Below are positions 30,161 through 40,176 of a stretch of 64,000 nt of DNA, one piece after another (within the stretch, counting starts at the first letter, position 1; each line of letters opens with the position of its first letter). The stretch covers positions 384,001 through 448,000 of the forward strand of contig CAWFAD010000016.1 in NCBI GenBank assembly GCA_963813815.1, in the 5' to 3' direction. The DNA is from an uncultured bacterium. Its GTDB lineage: Bacteria > Krumholzibacteriota > Krumholzibacteriia > Krumholzibacteriales > Krumholzibacteriaceae. The translations under genes were made by a program, and so were the position numbers. The notes below the pieces were generated by a model that saw only the letters and a program-made list of their open reading frames with translations, did no database searches and was not told the origin of the DNA.

Positions 30161-31525
30161 GTGCGAAGACTTCCGCTTGCCATGACCGCCGTGGCGCTCG
30201 TCGCGCTCGCCGCGATCCCCCCGATCGTCGCGCAGGTGCGCAAGGGCGGCGACGAGGCGCTCGGCCTCTACCGGTACGAGAGCTTCGAGCGTCCGGTCAC
30301 CTGCCGCCAGTGCCACGCCGATATCTACGAGCAATGGGCCCAGTCGATGATGGCGCAGGCGTACACGCATCATTGGGACGAGATAGAGTACTTCGAGCTC
30401 GCCCTGCCCCACGCCGGCAAGGATCCGAAGGTCGCGGGGGTGCGGGAGGGCTGCAACGGCTGCCACGCCCCGGTGTCATTCCTCGCCGGAGACGTGCCGC
30501 CGCCGCGCCCCTCGGCGGGGAGCCGCGCCAACGAGGCGGTGTCGTGCGATCTCTGCCACGTGATCGCGGAACGGACCGGCGACCCGTCGTTCAATTTCAA
30601 CTACGTCGTCGAGCCGGGACGCGTGAAACGCGGGAACCGCGACGGCGTCAAGAGTCCCTACCACGAGACGGTCCGGAACGATTTCACGAGGAGCGCGGAG
30701 TACTGCGGCACCTGCCACAACGAGCAGTCGCCGTACGGCGTATGGGTCAAGGCGACGCAGCTCGAGTGGAAGGAAGGCCCGTACGCGAAAGAGGGCGTTC
30801 CCTGCCACGTGTGCCACATGCCGCGCGCGCCGGGGCGCAGCGCGGTGACCGCGAGGGAGGAGCATCCGGACATCGCGCAGCACCTCTTCCACGGGGCGCA
30901 CGATCCGGGCAAGGTGCGCGGGGCGATCGAGCTCCGCATGCACCCGAGCGATCGGGAGATCGAGCCGGGAGACAGGATCGTCGTCACCGTGCAGGCCTTC
31001 AACGGCAAATGCGGCCACAAGGTGCCCTCGGGCTCCGCGGAGGAGCGCCAGCTGTGGCTCCGCGTGACCGCGGTCGACGCGGCGGGGAACGTGTACCATC
31101 TGCCCGTCGATCGCAAGGGCTTCGAGGGCGAGGCGGCGACGATCACGAGCAACGAGCTCGCCTACCAAGACATGGGGCTCATGATGGACGTTCCGGATTT
31201 TCCGGGGCTTCCGCGCGACTCGCTCCCCGAGGGGGATCGCATCTTCTGCCTGCCGTACTTCGATTCGCAGGGGCGCCGCACGATCGCGCAGTGGAACACC
31301 GCTTCGCAGGGGCCCGATTACCGCATCGGCCCGCGCGAGACGAAGATCGAGACGTACACGTGGACCGTTCCCGAGAGCGCCGCGATCGGAACGATGGTCG
31401 TGCGCGCCGAGATGAGCTACCGGCGCCTCGTGAAGTCGGTGGCGGACTATCTCAAGGTTCCCGCCGACGAAACCGAGATCATACGGGTCAACGACGCGCG
31501 GACGACGTTCGAGGTAGTCGACTGA
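30161..31525 (+). CDS. Periplasmic multiheme c-type cytochrome (5 CxxCH)
   Basis: Signal peptide; CRQCH, CNGCH, CDLCH, CGTCH, CHVCH; beta-rich C-terminal domain with GHKVPSG. Confidence 0.9.
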   Translation: MRRLPLAMTAVALVALAAIPPIVAQVRKGGDEALGLYRYESFERPVTCRQCHADIYEQWAQSMMAQAYTHHWDEIEYFELALPHAGKDPKVAGVREGCNGCHAPVSFLAGDVPPPRPSAGSRANEAVSCDLCHVIAERTGDPSFNFNYVVEPGRVKRGNRDGVKSPYHETVRNDFTRSAEYCGTCHNEQSPYGVWVKATQLEWKEGPYAKEGVPCHVCHMPRAPGRSAVTAREEHPDIAQHLFHGAHDPGKVRGAIELRMHPSDREIEPGDRIVVTVQAFNGKCGHKVPSGSAEERQLWLRVTAVDAAGNVYHLPVDRKGFEGEAATITSNELAYQDMGLMMDVPDFPGLPRDSLPEGDRIFCLPYFDSQGRRTIAQWNTASQGPDYRIGPRETKIETYTWTVPESAAIGTMVVRAEMSYRRLVKSVADYLKVPADETEIIRVNDARTTFEVVD

Positions 31526-31578
31526 TCCGCGGCGCGGGAGGGCGCCGCGGCGCAATCCCGGGAACGAAGGGGGAGACG

Positions 31579-32793
31579 ATGCTGATTCGAATGAACCTCT
31601 GGAAACGGGCGCTCGTCGCCGCCTCCGTCGCGGCGGCGACGATCCCGCTCGCGGCCGGCGAGTGCGGGGCCATCCCCGCGTTCGCCCGCAAGTACCGCAT
31701 GTCGTGCACGACGTGCCATGCGCCCGCGCCTCGTCTCAAGGCGTACGGAGAGGATTTCGCCGGGAACGGCTTCCGCCTCGAGGGGAAGGAGCCGACGCGC
31801 TACTACTTCGAGACCGGAGACAGCCTCCTGACGCTGGCGCGCGATCTCCCGGTCGCGATCCGCGTGGACGCCTACGCGACGTATACGTCCCGGGACGGGG
31901 CCGATCAGGCGGACCTCAAAACTCCGTACGGCATCAAGCTCATGGCCGGCGGAAACGTCGCGAAGAACATCTTCTATTACTTCTATTTCTTCATGTCTGA
32001 GCGGGGGGAGGTCGCCGGAATCGAGGACGCCTTCATCGGCTTCAACGATCTCTTCGGCGTCGATCTCGATCTCATGGTCGGCCAGTTTCAGGTCTCCGAT
32101 CCGCTCTTCAAACGCGAGCTCCGGCTCACGCTCGAGGATTACGAGATCTACCGGACCCGCGTCGGGGCCGCGCAGACCAACCTCACGTATGACCGCGGCC
32201 TCATGGCGGGCTACGCGACGCCGTTCGGAACGGATATTCTCGCGGAGATCGTGAACGGAAGCGGCATCGGAGCGTCGGACGAGTTCTTCGACGACGACGA
32301 CTGGAAGAACGTGTTCGTGCGCGTCTCGCATGCGGCGGGCCCCGCGCGCGTCGGCGCCTTCGGGTATCTCTGCAACGCGCACCTCCTCTCCGGTGCGGAG
32401 TATATCTCGAACGAGCACCGCTACTGGGGCGTGGACGCCACGATCGACGCCGGCTCGCGCCTGCAGATCAACGGGCAGTATCTCGAGCGCACGGACGACA
32501 ATCCGTACTTTCTTTCGACCGGCGCGGGTGGCACGAAGCTGCGGGGAGGGTTCGTCGAGGCGATCTGGGCCGTGCGGGGAGAGCTCGGGCGCACCTTCGT
32601 CACGTTCCTCTACAACGGCGTCGATTCCGACGTCGACGAGGTGTACGCCGGAGAGTCGCCGCTCGACTACCGCTCCGAGGCGCTCAATGTTTCGTATCTT
32701 TTGCGGAGGAATTTTCGTATCAGTACCGAGCTCCGGTATCGCGAAATCGAGGAAGAGTGGAACGTAGCGGCCGGTTTCACGGCCGCCTATTGA
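31579..32793 (+). CDS. Outer-membrane beta-barrel protein with N-terminal CxxCH
   Basis: Signal peptide, IPAFARKYRMSCTTCH, alternating amphipathic strands, terminal aromatic residue (FTAAY). Confidence 0.8.
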   Translation: MLIRMNLWKRALVAASVAAATIPLAAGECGAIPAFARKYRMSCTTCHAPAPRLKAYGEDFAGNGFRLEGKEPTRYYFETGDSLLTLARDLPVAIRVDAYATYTSRDGADQADLKTPYGIKLMAGGNVAKNIFYYFYFFMSERGEVAGIEDAFIGFNDLFGVDLDLMVGQFQVSDPLFKRELRLTLEDYEIYRTRVGAAQTNLTYDRGLMAGYATPFGTDILAEIVNGSGIGASDEFFDDDDWKNVFVRVSHAAGPARVGAFGYLCNAHLLSGAEYISNEHRYWGVDATIDAGSRLQINGQYLERTDDNPYFLSTGAGGTKLRGGFVEAIWAVRGELGRTFVTFLYNGVDSDVDEVYAGESPLDYRSEALNVSYLLRRNFRISTELRYREIEEEWNVAAGFTAAY

Positions 32794-32846
32794 TTCGATA
32801 CGCCGTTTGTCCGCCGACGAAACGTCATTCGAAGGGAGGGCCATTC

Positions 32847-33332
32847 ATGGCCGGCATTTTGCAGCCCGCCGAAATCATCGAAATCGGGATCGAAAAGGAG
32901 AAAAAGCGCCGCGACTTCTATGCGATGTGCGCGGAGCGGTTCAAGGGGCGGCGCGATCTCTACGACCTCTTCAAGAAGCTCTACGAGTGGGAAGTGGAGC
33001 ATGTCCGCCGCTTCACCGAAATCCGCGACACGGTCTCGAAGGCGCAGTACGCCGAGTCGTACTCCGGCGAGACCGAGGCCTACATGAGCGCGCTCGTGCA
33101 GAGCGATCTCTACGCGGAGCTCACCGCGGCGAAGTTCGCCGAGGAGATCAAAACGCCCGCGGACGCCGTCGAGAAGGGCATCGGCTTCGAAAAGGACGCG
33201 ATCCTCTTTTTCGGCGGGCTCGCGCCTTTCGTGGATCAGAAGAGCCGCGAAATCGTGCAGACGCTCGTCAAGGAGGAGCAGCAGCACATGTTGTTTCTCT
33301 TCAACATGAAAAAGGAGCTCGCGGGCAAGTAA
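32847..33332 (+). CDS. Ferritin-like (rubrerythrin-family) diiron protein
   Basis: EK...FY, EVEH, EKDA, EEQQH pattern; SD GGGAGG. Confidence 0.8.
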   Translation: MAGILQPAEIIEIGIEKEKKRRDFYAMCAERFKGRRDLYDLFKKLYEWEVEHVRRFTEIRDTVSKAQYAESYSGETEAYMSALVQSDLYAELTAAKFAEEIKTPADAVEKGIGFEKDAILFFGGLAPFVDQKSREIVQTLVKEEQQHMLFLFNMKKELAGK

Positions 33333-33384
33333 GGCCGCGGACCGTCCGCCGCCGTTCGCAGCCGCGGCAAGGGAGGCGTTCGAA

Positions 33385-35115
33385 ATGAGAGGGTTCTGGC
33401 AGAGCTTTTTCGCGACGATTCTCGCGATCGTCGTCGTCGCGCTCGTCGCGGCCGGCATCGTCGTCTCAAAGAGCGATTCGAAGAAAAAGATCGAGGATCA
33501 TTCCTGGCTCGTCGTCGATCTCTACGGCTCGATCGGCGAGTACGACCCCCCGGCGGGCCTTCTCGGCGCCGTCGGCGGCGGGGGAGAGACGCTGCAGCGG
33601 ATTCTCGGCAACCTCGAGAAGGCCGCGGTCGACGAACGGATCGACGGCGTCATCATAAAGCTCTCCTCATCGAACTCGGCGGGGTTCGGTATGCTCGAGG
33701 AGATGCGCGGGGCCGTGAAGAAGACCCGCGGAGCCGGCAAGAAGGTCTACTGCTGGTCGGACAGCATGGATCGAAACGCCTTTTTTCTCGCCTCGGCCTG
33801 CGACTCAATCTGGCTCGCTCCCCCGGCGTACGTCCAGTTCACCGGGATTGGGTCGGGAAGCATGCACGTCAAGGGCGCGCTCGAAAAGCTCGGCATCAAG
33901 CCGAACGTGCACCAGATCAAGGAGTACAAGGCCGCGGCCGAGATGCTGACCCGCTCCGACATGTCCCCCGAGGCGCGCGAGAACGACGAATGGCTTCTCG
34001 AGGAGCTCTGGGCCATGTTCGTGAAGGCGGCCGGCGAGGACCGCGGCCTCACCGAGGAGAAAATCGTCGAGATCATGAATCTCGCGGTCATGACCGCGGA
34101 CGAGGCGAAGGAGGCGGGTCTCGCCGACGGAGTCATGTACTGGAACGAGATCGAGCGGAAGCTCGCGCCGAAGGAGGGGGAGGATCTTCGCACGGTTTCC
34201 CAGTCCGCCTACGCCGATGTGAAGCCGGAGAAGCTCGGTCTCAAGGGCAAGAAGAAGATCGCCGTCGTGCACGCGCACGGCATGATCGGGGGGCGGAAGA
34301 GCACGATCGATCCGCTGTTCGGCGCCATGATGGGGCATGAGAGCGTCATCGCCGATCTGCGCGCGGCGGCGAAGGACGAGAACGTCGCCGCGATCGTGTT
34401 CCGCGTCGACAGCCGCGGCGGGGAAGGGCTCGCGAGCGATCTCATCGGGCACGAGGTCTCGGTCATCGCGGAGGACAAGCCGATCGTCGCGAGCATGGTC
34501 GACGCGGCGGCCTCGGGCGGATACTACATCAGCTACCAGGCCACGAAGATCGTCGCCGATCCGATGACGATCACGGGCTCGATCGGATCGATCAGCGCGA
34601 AGTTCAACATGAAGGGATTCTACGACAAGATCGGCGTGACGCAGGACTTCGCCACGAAAGGCCCCATGGCGCTCCTCATGTCGGATTACCGCGATTTCAC
34701 CCCCGAGGAGCGGGCGCGTTTCGAGCAGAACCATTGGGACGGCTTCAACGCATGGCTTTCCGACGTCGCGAAACGCCGGGGAATGACCTTCGAGGAGGCC
34801 CAGCAGCTCGCGTACGGCCGCGTCTGGTCCGGGCGGCAGGCCAAGGAGAACGGCCTCGTCGACGAGCTCGGCGGGCTCGATCGCGCGATCGAGATCGCGA
34901 GGGATCTCGCGAAGATCCCGGCCGATGAGAAGGTTACGGTCGTGCACTACCCGAAGAAAAAGGGTTTTCTCGAGATTCTCATGGCCGACGGAGGGGGGCT
35001 CGCCGCCGCGGCCCGCTACGCGGTTCACCGGTTCATCCGCGAGGACCTCGACGAGGCGCGGCGCAGACTGGACGGCGGCGTCTGGTACCTCATGGACGGC
35101 GAGGTGGCGCGGTAG
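33385..35115 (+). CDS. sppA: Signal peptide peptidase SppA (two-domain form)
   Basis: RVDSRGG, AASGGYYI, TITGSIG, GRVWSG, GLVDELGG. Confidence 0.92.
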   Translation: MRGFWQSFFATILAIVVVALVAAGIVVSKSDSKKKIEDHSWLVVDLYGSIGEYDPPAGLLGAVGGGGETLQRILGNLEKAAVDERIDGVIIKLSSSNSAGFGMLEEMRGAVKKTRGAGKKVYCWSDSMDRNAFFLASACDSIWLAPPAYVQFTGIGSGSMHVKGALEKLGIKPNVHQIKEYKAAAEMLTRSDMSPEARENDEWLLEELWAMFVKAAGEDRGLTEEKIVEIMNLAVMTADEAKEAGLADGVMYWNEIERKLAPKEGEDLRTVSQSAYADVKPEKLGLKGKKKIAVVHAHGMIGGRKSTIDPLFGAMMGHESVIADLRAAAKDENVAAIVFRVDSRGGEGLASDLIGHEVSVIAEDKPIVASMVDAAASGGYYISYQATKIVADPMTITGSIGSISAKFNMKGFYDKIGVTQDFATKGPMALLMSDYRDFTPEERARFEQNHWDGFNAWLSDVAKRRGMTFEEAQQLAYGRVWSGRQAKENGLVDELGGLDRAIEIARDLAKIPADEKVTVVHYPKKKGFLEILMADGGGLAAAARYAVHRFIREDLDEARRRLDGGVWYLMDGEVAR

Positions 35116-35143
35116 CCCGGCGCCGCCCGTCGAGAGGGCTTCC

Positions 35144-36847
35144 ATGAAAGCGAAGAGGATCGCGATGCTCGCTCTGTGCGCCGCTCTGCTGCCGGAATCG
35201 GCGGGAGGATTCGACCGGCCGGCCGGCGGGATGTTCGCGTCTCGCTCCGAGGTGGTCGCCCGGCGCGGCATGGTGTGCGCCGCGCAGCCGCTCGCCGTGC
35301 AGATCGGGATCGATATTCTCAAGGCCGGCGGGAACGCCGTCGACGCCGCGATCGCCGTGAACGCCGCTCTCGGTCTCATGGAGCCGGTCTCGTGCGGGGT
35401 GGGGGGAGATCTCTTCGCCATCGTCTGGGACGCGAAGAGCGGAAAGCTTTACGGGCTCAACGCGAGCGGGCGCGCCCCGTACCTTCTCACGATAGAGGAG
35501 GCGCGCGGGCGGGGCGCTTCGTCGATGCCATATACCGGAGTGCTCCCTCAGACCGTGCCCGGCTGTGTCGACGGTTGGTTCGAGCTCCACGCGAAATTCG
35601 GGAAGCTTCCGATGAAGGATATCCTCGCGCCGGCGATCCGGTACGCGGAAGAAGGGTTCCCGGTGACCGAGGTCATCGCGCACTACTGGGAGATCGGCGG
35701 CCGGCGGCTGCGGGAAGAGCCGAACTTCGCGGCGACCTATCTGCCCGGCGGTCGCGCGCCGCGGACGGGGGAGATTTTCCGAAACCCCGATCTCGCCCGC
35801 ACCTACCGGCTGCTCGCGGCGAAGGGACGCGACGCGTTCTACCGCGGGGATATCGCGGAGACGATCGACGCCTTCGAGCGGAGAATCGGCGGATACATCA
35901 GGCTCCGGGATCTCGAGGATCACTCGTCGACCTGGGTGGAGCCCGTGAGCGCGGGCTACCGCGGCTACGACGTCTGGGAGCTTCCCCCGAACGGGCAGGG
36001 GATCGCCGCCCTCCAGATGCTCAACGTCCTCGAGGCCTACGATCTCGCCGGGCTCGGCTTCGGGAGCGCCGAGGCGCTCCATCTCATGATCGAAGCGAAA
36101 AAGCTCGCCTTCGAGGACGCCGCCCGCTACTACGCCGATCCGGATTTCGTGAAGGTGCCGGTGGCGGAGCTCGTCTCGAAGGAGTACGCGGCGCGCCGCC
36201 GCGAGCTCATCTCGATGGACCGCGCGCTCCGCGAGATTCCGCCCGGCGACATCCGTCTCGATACGAGCGAGACGACCTATCTCGCCGTCGCCGACGGGGA
36301 CCGGAACTTCGTCTCCCTCATCCAGAGCAACTACGCGGGCTTCGGCTCGGGCCCCGTGCCGGACGGGCTCGGGTTCTGCCTGCAGGATCGCGGGGCGCTC
36401 TTCAACCTCGATCCCGCGCACCCGAACGCGCTCGCGCCGCACAAGAGGCCGTTTCACACGATCATACCGGCGATGGTCACGAAGGACGGGAAGCCGATCT
36501 TCGCCTTCGGCGTCATGGGAGGCTCGATGCAGCCCCAGGGGCACGTGCAGATCCTCTGCAACATCGTCGACTTCGGGATGGGCATCCAGGAGGCGGGCGA
36601 CGCGCCGCGCTTCAACCATTCGGGCTCGTCCGAGCCGACCGGCGAGATCATGTGGGGAGGGGGCGAGGTGGCGCTCGAGAGCGGTTTCGCCCCGGAAACG
36701 ATTCGGGCGCTTCTCGAGCGGGGCCACCGGATCGTGAGTGACACCGGCGGCTTCGGCGGCTATCAGGGTATCTGGTGGGACCGCGAGCGGGACGTCCTCA
36801 TCGGAGGGAGCGAGAGCCGCAAGGACGGCTGCGCCATGGGGTACTGA
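35144..36847 (+). CDS. ggt: Gamma-glutamyltransferase
   Basis: GGNAVDAA, GVGGDLF, TVPG, ETTY (nucleophile Thr), RPFHTIIP, GVMGG.MQPQGH, RKDG. Confidence 0.93.
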   Translation: MKAKRIAMLALCAALLPESAGGFDRPAGGMFASRSEVVARRGMVCAAQPLAVQIGIDILKAGGNAVDAAIAVNAALGLMEPVSCGVGGDLFAIVWDAKSGKLYGLNASGRAPYLLTIEEARGRGASSMPYTGVLPQTVPGCVDGWFELHAKFGKLPMKDILAPAIRYAEEGFPVTEVIAHYWEIGGRRLREEPNFAATYLPGGRAPRTGEIFRNPDLARTYRLLAAKGRDAFYRGDIAETIDAFERRIGGYIRLRDLEDHSSTWVEPVSAGYRGYDVWELPPNGQGIAALQMLNVLEAYDLAGLGFGSAEALHLMIEAKKLAFEDAARYYADPDFVKVPVAELVSKEYAARRRELISMDRALREIPPGDIRLDTSETTYLAVADGDRNFVSLIQSNYAGFGSGPVPDGLGFCLQDRGALFNLDPAHPNALAPHKRPFHTIIPAMVTKDGKPIFAFGVMGGSMQPQGHVQILCNIVDFGMGIQEAGDAPRFNHSGSSEPTGEIMWGGGEVALESGFAPETIRALLERGHRIVSDTGGFGGYQGIWWDRERDVLIGGSESRKDGCAMGY

Positions 36848-36972
36848 GACCCGGGCGGTTTCGCGGGGCGATTTTTTTGAACGGGTGGGGATGCGGGGGT
36901 GTATTTTCGATTGAAGTCGTCGAAAACGGTGGCGTACAGTGGTGCCCGGTTCATGAAACAGGGAGGTTCGAA

Positions 36973-37119
36973 ATGAAGAAGGTCGTGCTCTGCAGCGGAA
37001 GCAAGTGCTGCCCCGAGGCCCTCATCGACGGCAACGCCGTCACGATCACGGACGACGACGGCGGCAAGGTCACGTTGACTCGGGAGCAGGTCAAGATTCT
37101 CTTCGAGAACATGGAATAG
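36973..37119 (+). CDS. 48-aa Cys-rich hypothetical protein
   Basis: SD GGGAGG then ATG; MKKVVLCSGSKCCPEAL...; followed by a terminator. Confidence 0.75.
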   Translation: MKKVVLCSGSKCCPEALIDGNAVTITDDDGGKVTLTREQVKILFENME

Positions 37120-37141
37120 CGAGGAGCGGGTTTACCGTTCG

Positions 37142-37178
37142 AAAGGCGCTCCGGATGGATTCCGGAGCGCCTTTTTTT
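37142..37178. terminator. Intrinsic terminator, probably bidirectional
   Basis: AAAGGCGCTCCGGA/TCCGGAGCGCCTTT stem plus T tract, between convergent genes. Confidence 0.85.
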
Positions 37179-37202
37179 GCGCGGACGCCGCGATCGGCCC
37201 GC

Positions 37203-38915
37203 CTATTCGAGATTGAGCGCCCGCTCGTCCCAGTCCCCCGGAAACTCGATCGTGTAGGCGACGCGGATCTCGATCTTCGCCTTCGGTGAAGGCTCGAGAT
37301 TCCACGTGACGATGCCGTTCTCGAGCTCTTCCGACGGACGGGGCTCGAGATCGACGTTCGCCACCTTCACTTCCTTGAGCGTCGAGACGGGGATGCGGTC
37401 CTGCAGCTTCACCGCGAGCGCTTCCTTCTTGAAGCTCTCGAGAGCGATGAGGTAGTGGTAGCGTATCCTCTTCGTCGCGGCGCCTTCCTTGGAGAGGTAC
37501 TCTTTCTTTTCGAGCTTCTGAGAGATCTTGAAATCCTGATCGACACCGAAGGAGACGGGGAACTCCTGCCCGGTCGCGACGCCGGAGAGCGCTTCCTTTC
37601 CCACGAAGGTCGACTGCCTCGCGGCCCCTGCGCCCGTTTCGATGTAGACGTCCGCCGCGCCGGGAAGGAGCGGAACGTCGAGGGTGTTCGCGATCGATCC
37701 CCGCACGAAGACGTTCTGCGAGAGACGGGGAGCCGCGTAGCGCGAGAGCGCGCCCGCGAGCGAGCCCTCGAGAATGAGCGCGCGCTTCGGATCGGCTCCG
37801 CTCGGGAGGTCGAGCCTCCTCGGGATCGAAAAGGTCGCGGCGAAGGCGGTCGACTCGATCTCGGCGCCGGGACGCTCCGCCTCGACGATTCCGGATTTGA
37901 GCGCCACGGCCTCGGCGATCTCCTGTTCCGCGCGGGCGTCGCCCGCGACCTTCGTCGAGCTGATCACCGGCCTCGGGCGGGGCATGCGGCGCGTGATGTA
38001 GTACGGCTGGATTTCGGGCGGCGCCGCGCCGATCTGCGGCCGCGCCGTCGAGAGCGCGACGGCCACTCCGTTCCAATCCTCGCCGGTGCTCTGGCGGATG
38101 CGGGCGTTGTACCCGAGCGCGATCTTTTCCTCGGCCGGCCGGTAGCGGATCGTGTACTCGGGGGCCCACGTCGCGCCGGAGACGTTGTAGACGAGAGCGA
38201 CGTCGAGCGAGCCGGCGGTTGCGGCCTCGATATCGATGACGACGCGCTTCGACCAGTCACCTTGCGTCTGCATGTCCCGGATCTGCTTCTCGACCCACGC
38301 GATCTCCTCGTCGAGCTTCGCCGCCCGCTTGCCGTGGGCGTCGATCCGCTCGTTCGTCTTCACGCGCTCGGCGGAGATGAACTCGATGACGCTCTTCCAG
38401 TCGGACACGCGGAAAATCTCGGAGGCGAGCTTCGAGGAGCCCTTTTCGAAGGGAAACTTCGCCAGGTTGTCGAGGTAGAGGAGCGAGCCTCGAAATCCCT
38501 CGAGCTCGATCCGGAGCGTGTCGTGCCGGCCGGCGAGCCTCTCGAGCTTGTCCTTGAGCTCGCGATAGCGGGGCGATTCGGCCAGTAGCCCCTGCAGCGC
38601 GACGACGTCGATGCCCATGATACGTGCCTCGGCCGTTCCCGATCCCTCGACCCGCAGCGACGCGTCGTCGAACCGCTGCGGCAGGTCGTCGCACACGAGC
38701 TTCCAGAGGCCGGCCCGAAGCTCGATTCTGCCGCTCCGCGTGATCTGCGCCCGGTCGGCGTACACCGTCGCGGAGACGATCTTCGTCGCGAGCGAAAGAT
38801 CCTTCGCCTCCGCCGGCGCGGCGCCTCCGGCGGCCGGGACGGCGCATGCGAGCAGGACGCCGATGAGCGCTCCGAGCGCCGCTGCCCGCGGGAGCCCGTT
38901 TCGTGTCCTTTTCAT
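37203..38915 (-). CDS. DUF4140/DUF4139 (MuiA-like) exported protein
   Basis: Signal peptide; ATVYADRAQITR, coiled coil, YNVSGATWAPEY, QSTGEDW...LSTARP, QDRIPVS. Confidence 0.85.
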   Translation of the reverse strand: MKRTRNGLPRAAALGALIGVLLACAVPAAGGAAPAEAKDLSLATKIVSATVYADRAQITRSGRIELRAGLWKLVCDDLPQRFDDASLRVEGSGTAEARIMGIDVVALQGLLAESPRYRELKDKLERLAGRHDTLRIELEGFRGSLLYLDNLAKFPFEKGSSKLASEIFRVSDWKSVIEFISAERVKTNERIDAHGKRAAKLDEEIAWVEKQIRDMQTQGDWSKRVVIDIEAATAGSLDVALVYNVSGATWAPEYTIRYRPAEEKIALGYNARIRQSTGEDWNGVAVALSTARPQIGAAPPEIQPYYITRRMPRPRPVISSTKVAGDARAEQEIAEAVALKSGIVEAERPGAEIESTAFAATFSIPRRLDLPSGADPKRALILEGSLAGALSRYAAPRLSQNVFVRGSIANTLDVPLLPGAADVYIETGAGAARQSTFVGKEALSGVATGQEFPVSFGVDQDFKISQKLEKKEYLSKEGAATKRIRYHYLIALESFKKEALAVKLQDRIPVSTLKEVKVANVDLEPRPSEELENGIVTWNLEPSPKAKIEIRVAYTIEFPGDWDERALNLE

Positions 38916-38965
38916 GGCCAGCTCCTCCTTGTCGGTTCGAACGGTCGAATCCCGCGCCGCGGACT

Positions 38966-40060
38966 CTAGCGGACGACGATCAACGCGCCCCCCGCTATCC
39001 GGGCGACGAGGACCGGCGGGAGCCATTCGCGCTCGGCGTAGGTGTAGGTGCCCGCCACGCCGTTATAGTCTCCCAGCTTCTTGAGCGCGTTGACGAGGCT
39101 CGATTCTTCGTATCGCCTCGAACGATCAGCCTTCGCGAGAATCATCATGGCGTCGTACGCGACGACGACGTTCAGCGTCGGCTCGGCGTTGAACCGCTCC
39201 CGGTAGCGATCCGCGAGCGGAAGCGCTCGGGCGAGCTCGACGGCCGGCACGGCGACGTAGCACCCCTCGAGCGCCCCGGCGGCGGCCTCGATGACGGCCG
39301 GCGAGGCGAACTCGCGCGGGCCGCACACCGGACCTCCGTAGCCGAGCTTTCGAACGGCCGCGAGCACCCGCGCCGCGACGTGGCCGCGCCCGTAGATGAA
39401 GATCGCCTCGGGCTTCTGCGAAAGCACGGCGGCGGCCGAGCTCCTCGGATCGGCGCCGCCCGCGTCGAACGGCTCCGAGGCGGCGAGGGCGAGGCCGCTC
39501 GCGGGAACGTCGTTCTTCATGGCCTGCGCGACGAGCTTGCCCGGCGGATCGTCGGCGTAGAGAATCGCCACGCTCTTCACGTCGAGGGAGCGGGCGAGAA
39601 ACGCGAACGTCGTTCGCGCGAGGTGCATCGGCGAGGGGGAGGAGCGGAAAACGTCCCGCAGCATCGTGACGACGAACGGATGATCGCAGTTCGCGAAGAG
39701 CGGAATGAAGTCCCGCTCCGCCCTGGGGCCCACGGAGAGCGAGGCCGCGTCCGAGGCGGTCACGACCGCGGAGACTTTGTCGCGCGTGAGCTGTTTCTCG
39801 AATGAGGCGCCCGCGCGGGCGGCGTCGCTGCCATCGTCGGCGACGAGCTCGTAGAGCACGTTCTCTCCCGCCGCGTTCAGCTCCTCGATCGCGAGCGTCA
39901 TGCCGTGGAGGCACTGGTTCCCGATCTCGGCGCCTTCCCCCGAGAGGGGGACGATGGCGCCGATCTTCACGATCTCCTGTTTTTTGCCGCAGCACGGCAG
40001 GCACGCCATCGCGAGGGCGAGCGCCGCGGCGGCGATGCGCCCGGAAACGCAACGTTCCAT
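38966..40060 (-). CDS. Branched-chain amino acid-type (LivJ-like) substrate-binding lipoprotein
   Basis: Lipoprotein signal; KIGAIVPLSG, AIEELNAAG, AYDAM, GVAGTYTY. Confidence 0.8.
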   Translation of the reverse strand: MERCVSGRIAAAALALAMACLPCCGKKQEIVKIGAIVPLSGEGAEIGNQCLHGMTLAIEELNAAGENVLYELVADDGSDAARAGASFEKQLTRDKVSAVVTASDAASLSVGPRAERDFIPLFANCDHPFVVTMLRDVFRSSPSPMHLARTTFAFLARSLDVKSVAILYADDPPGKLVAQAMKNDVPASGLALAASEPFDAGGADPRSSAAAVLSQKPEAIFIYGRGHVAARVLAAVRKLGYGGPVCGPREFASPAVIEAAAGALEGCYVAVPAVELARALPLADRYRERFNAEPTLNVVVAYDAMMILAKADRSRRYEESSLVNALKKLGDYNGVAGTYTYAEREWLPPVLVARIAGGALIVVR

Positions 40061-40176
40061 TCGAGAACCTCCTCGTGGTGTTCGACTCCTGTCATACCAC
40101 CCCGTGAAAGGGGTTGTAAAGGGGGGTTTTTCGATGCATATTGTTGCTGCTCGATTCGACGAAAGGGGAGCATTTT

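Noticed and set aside
40061..40176. SAM riboswitch before the Cys/Met lyase
   Set aside because: Short divergent intergenic region with only a small ACCCC/GGGGT hairpin and no S-box core
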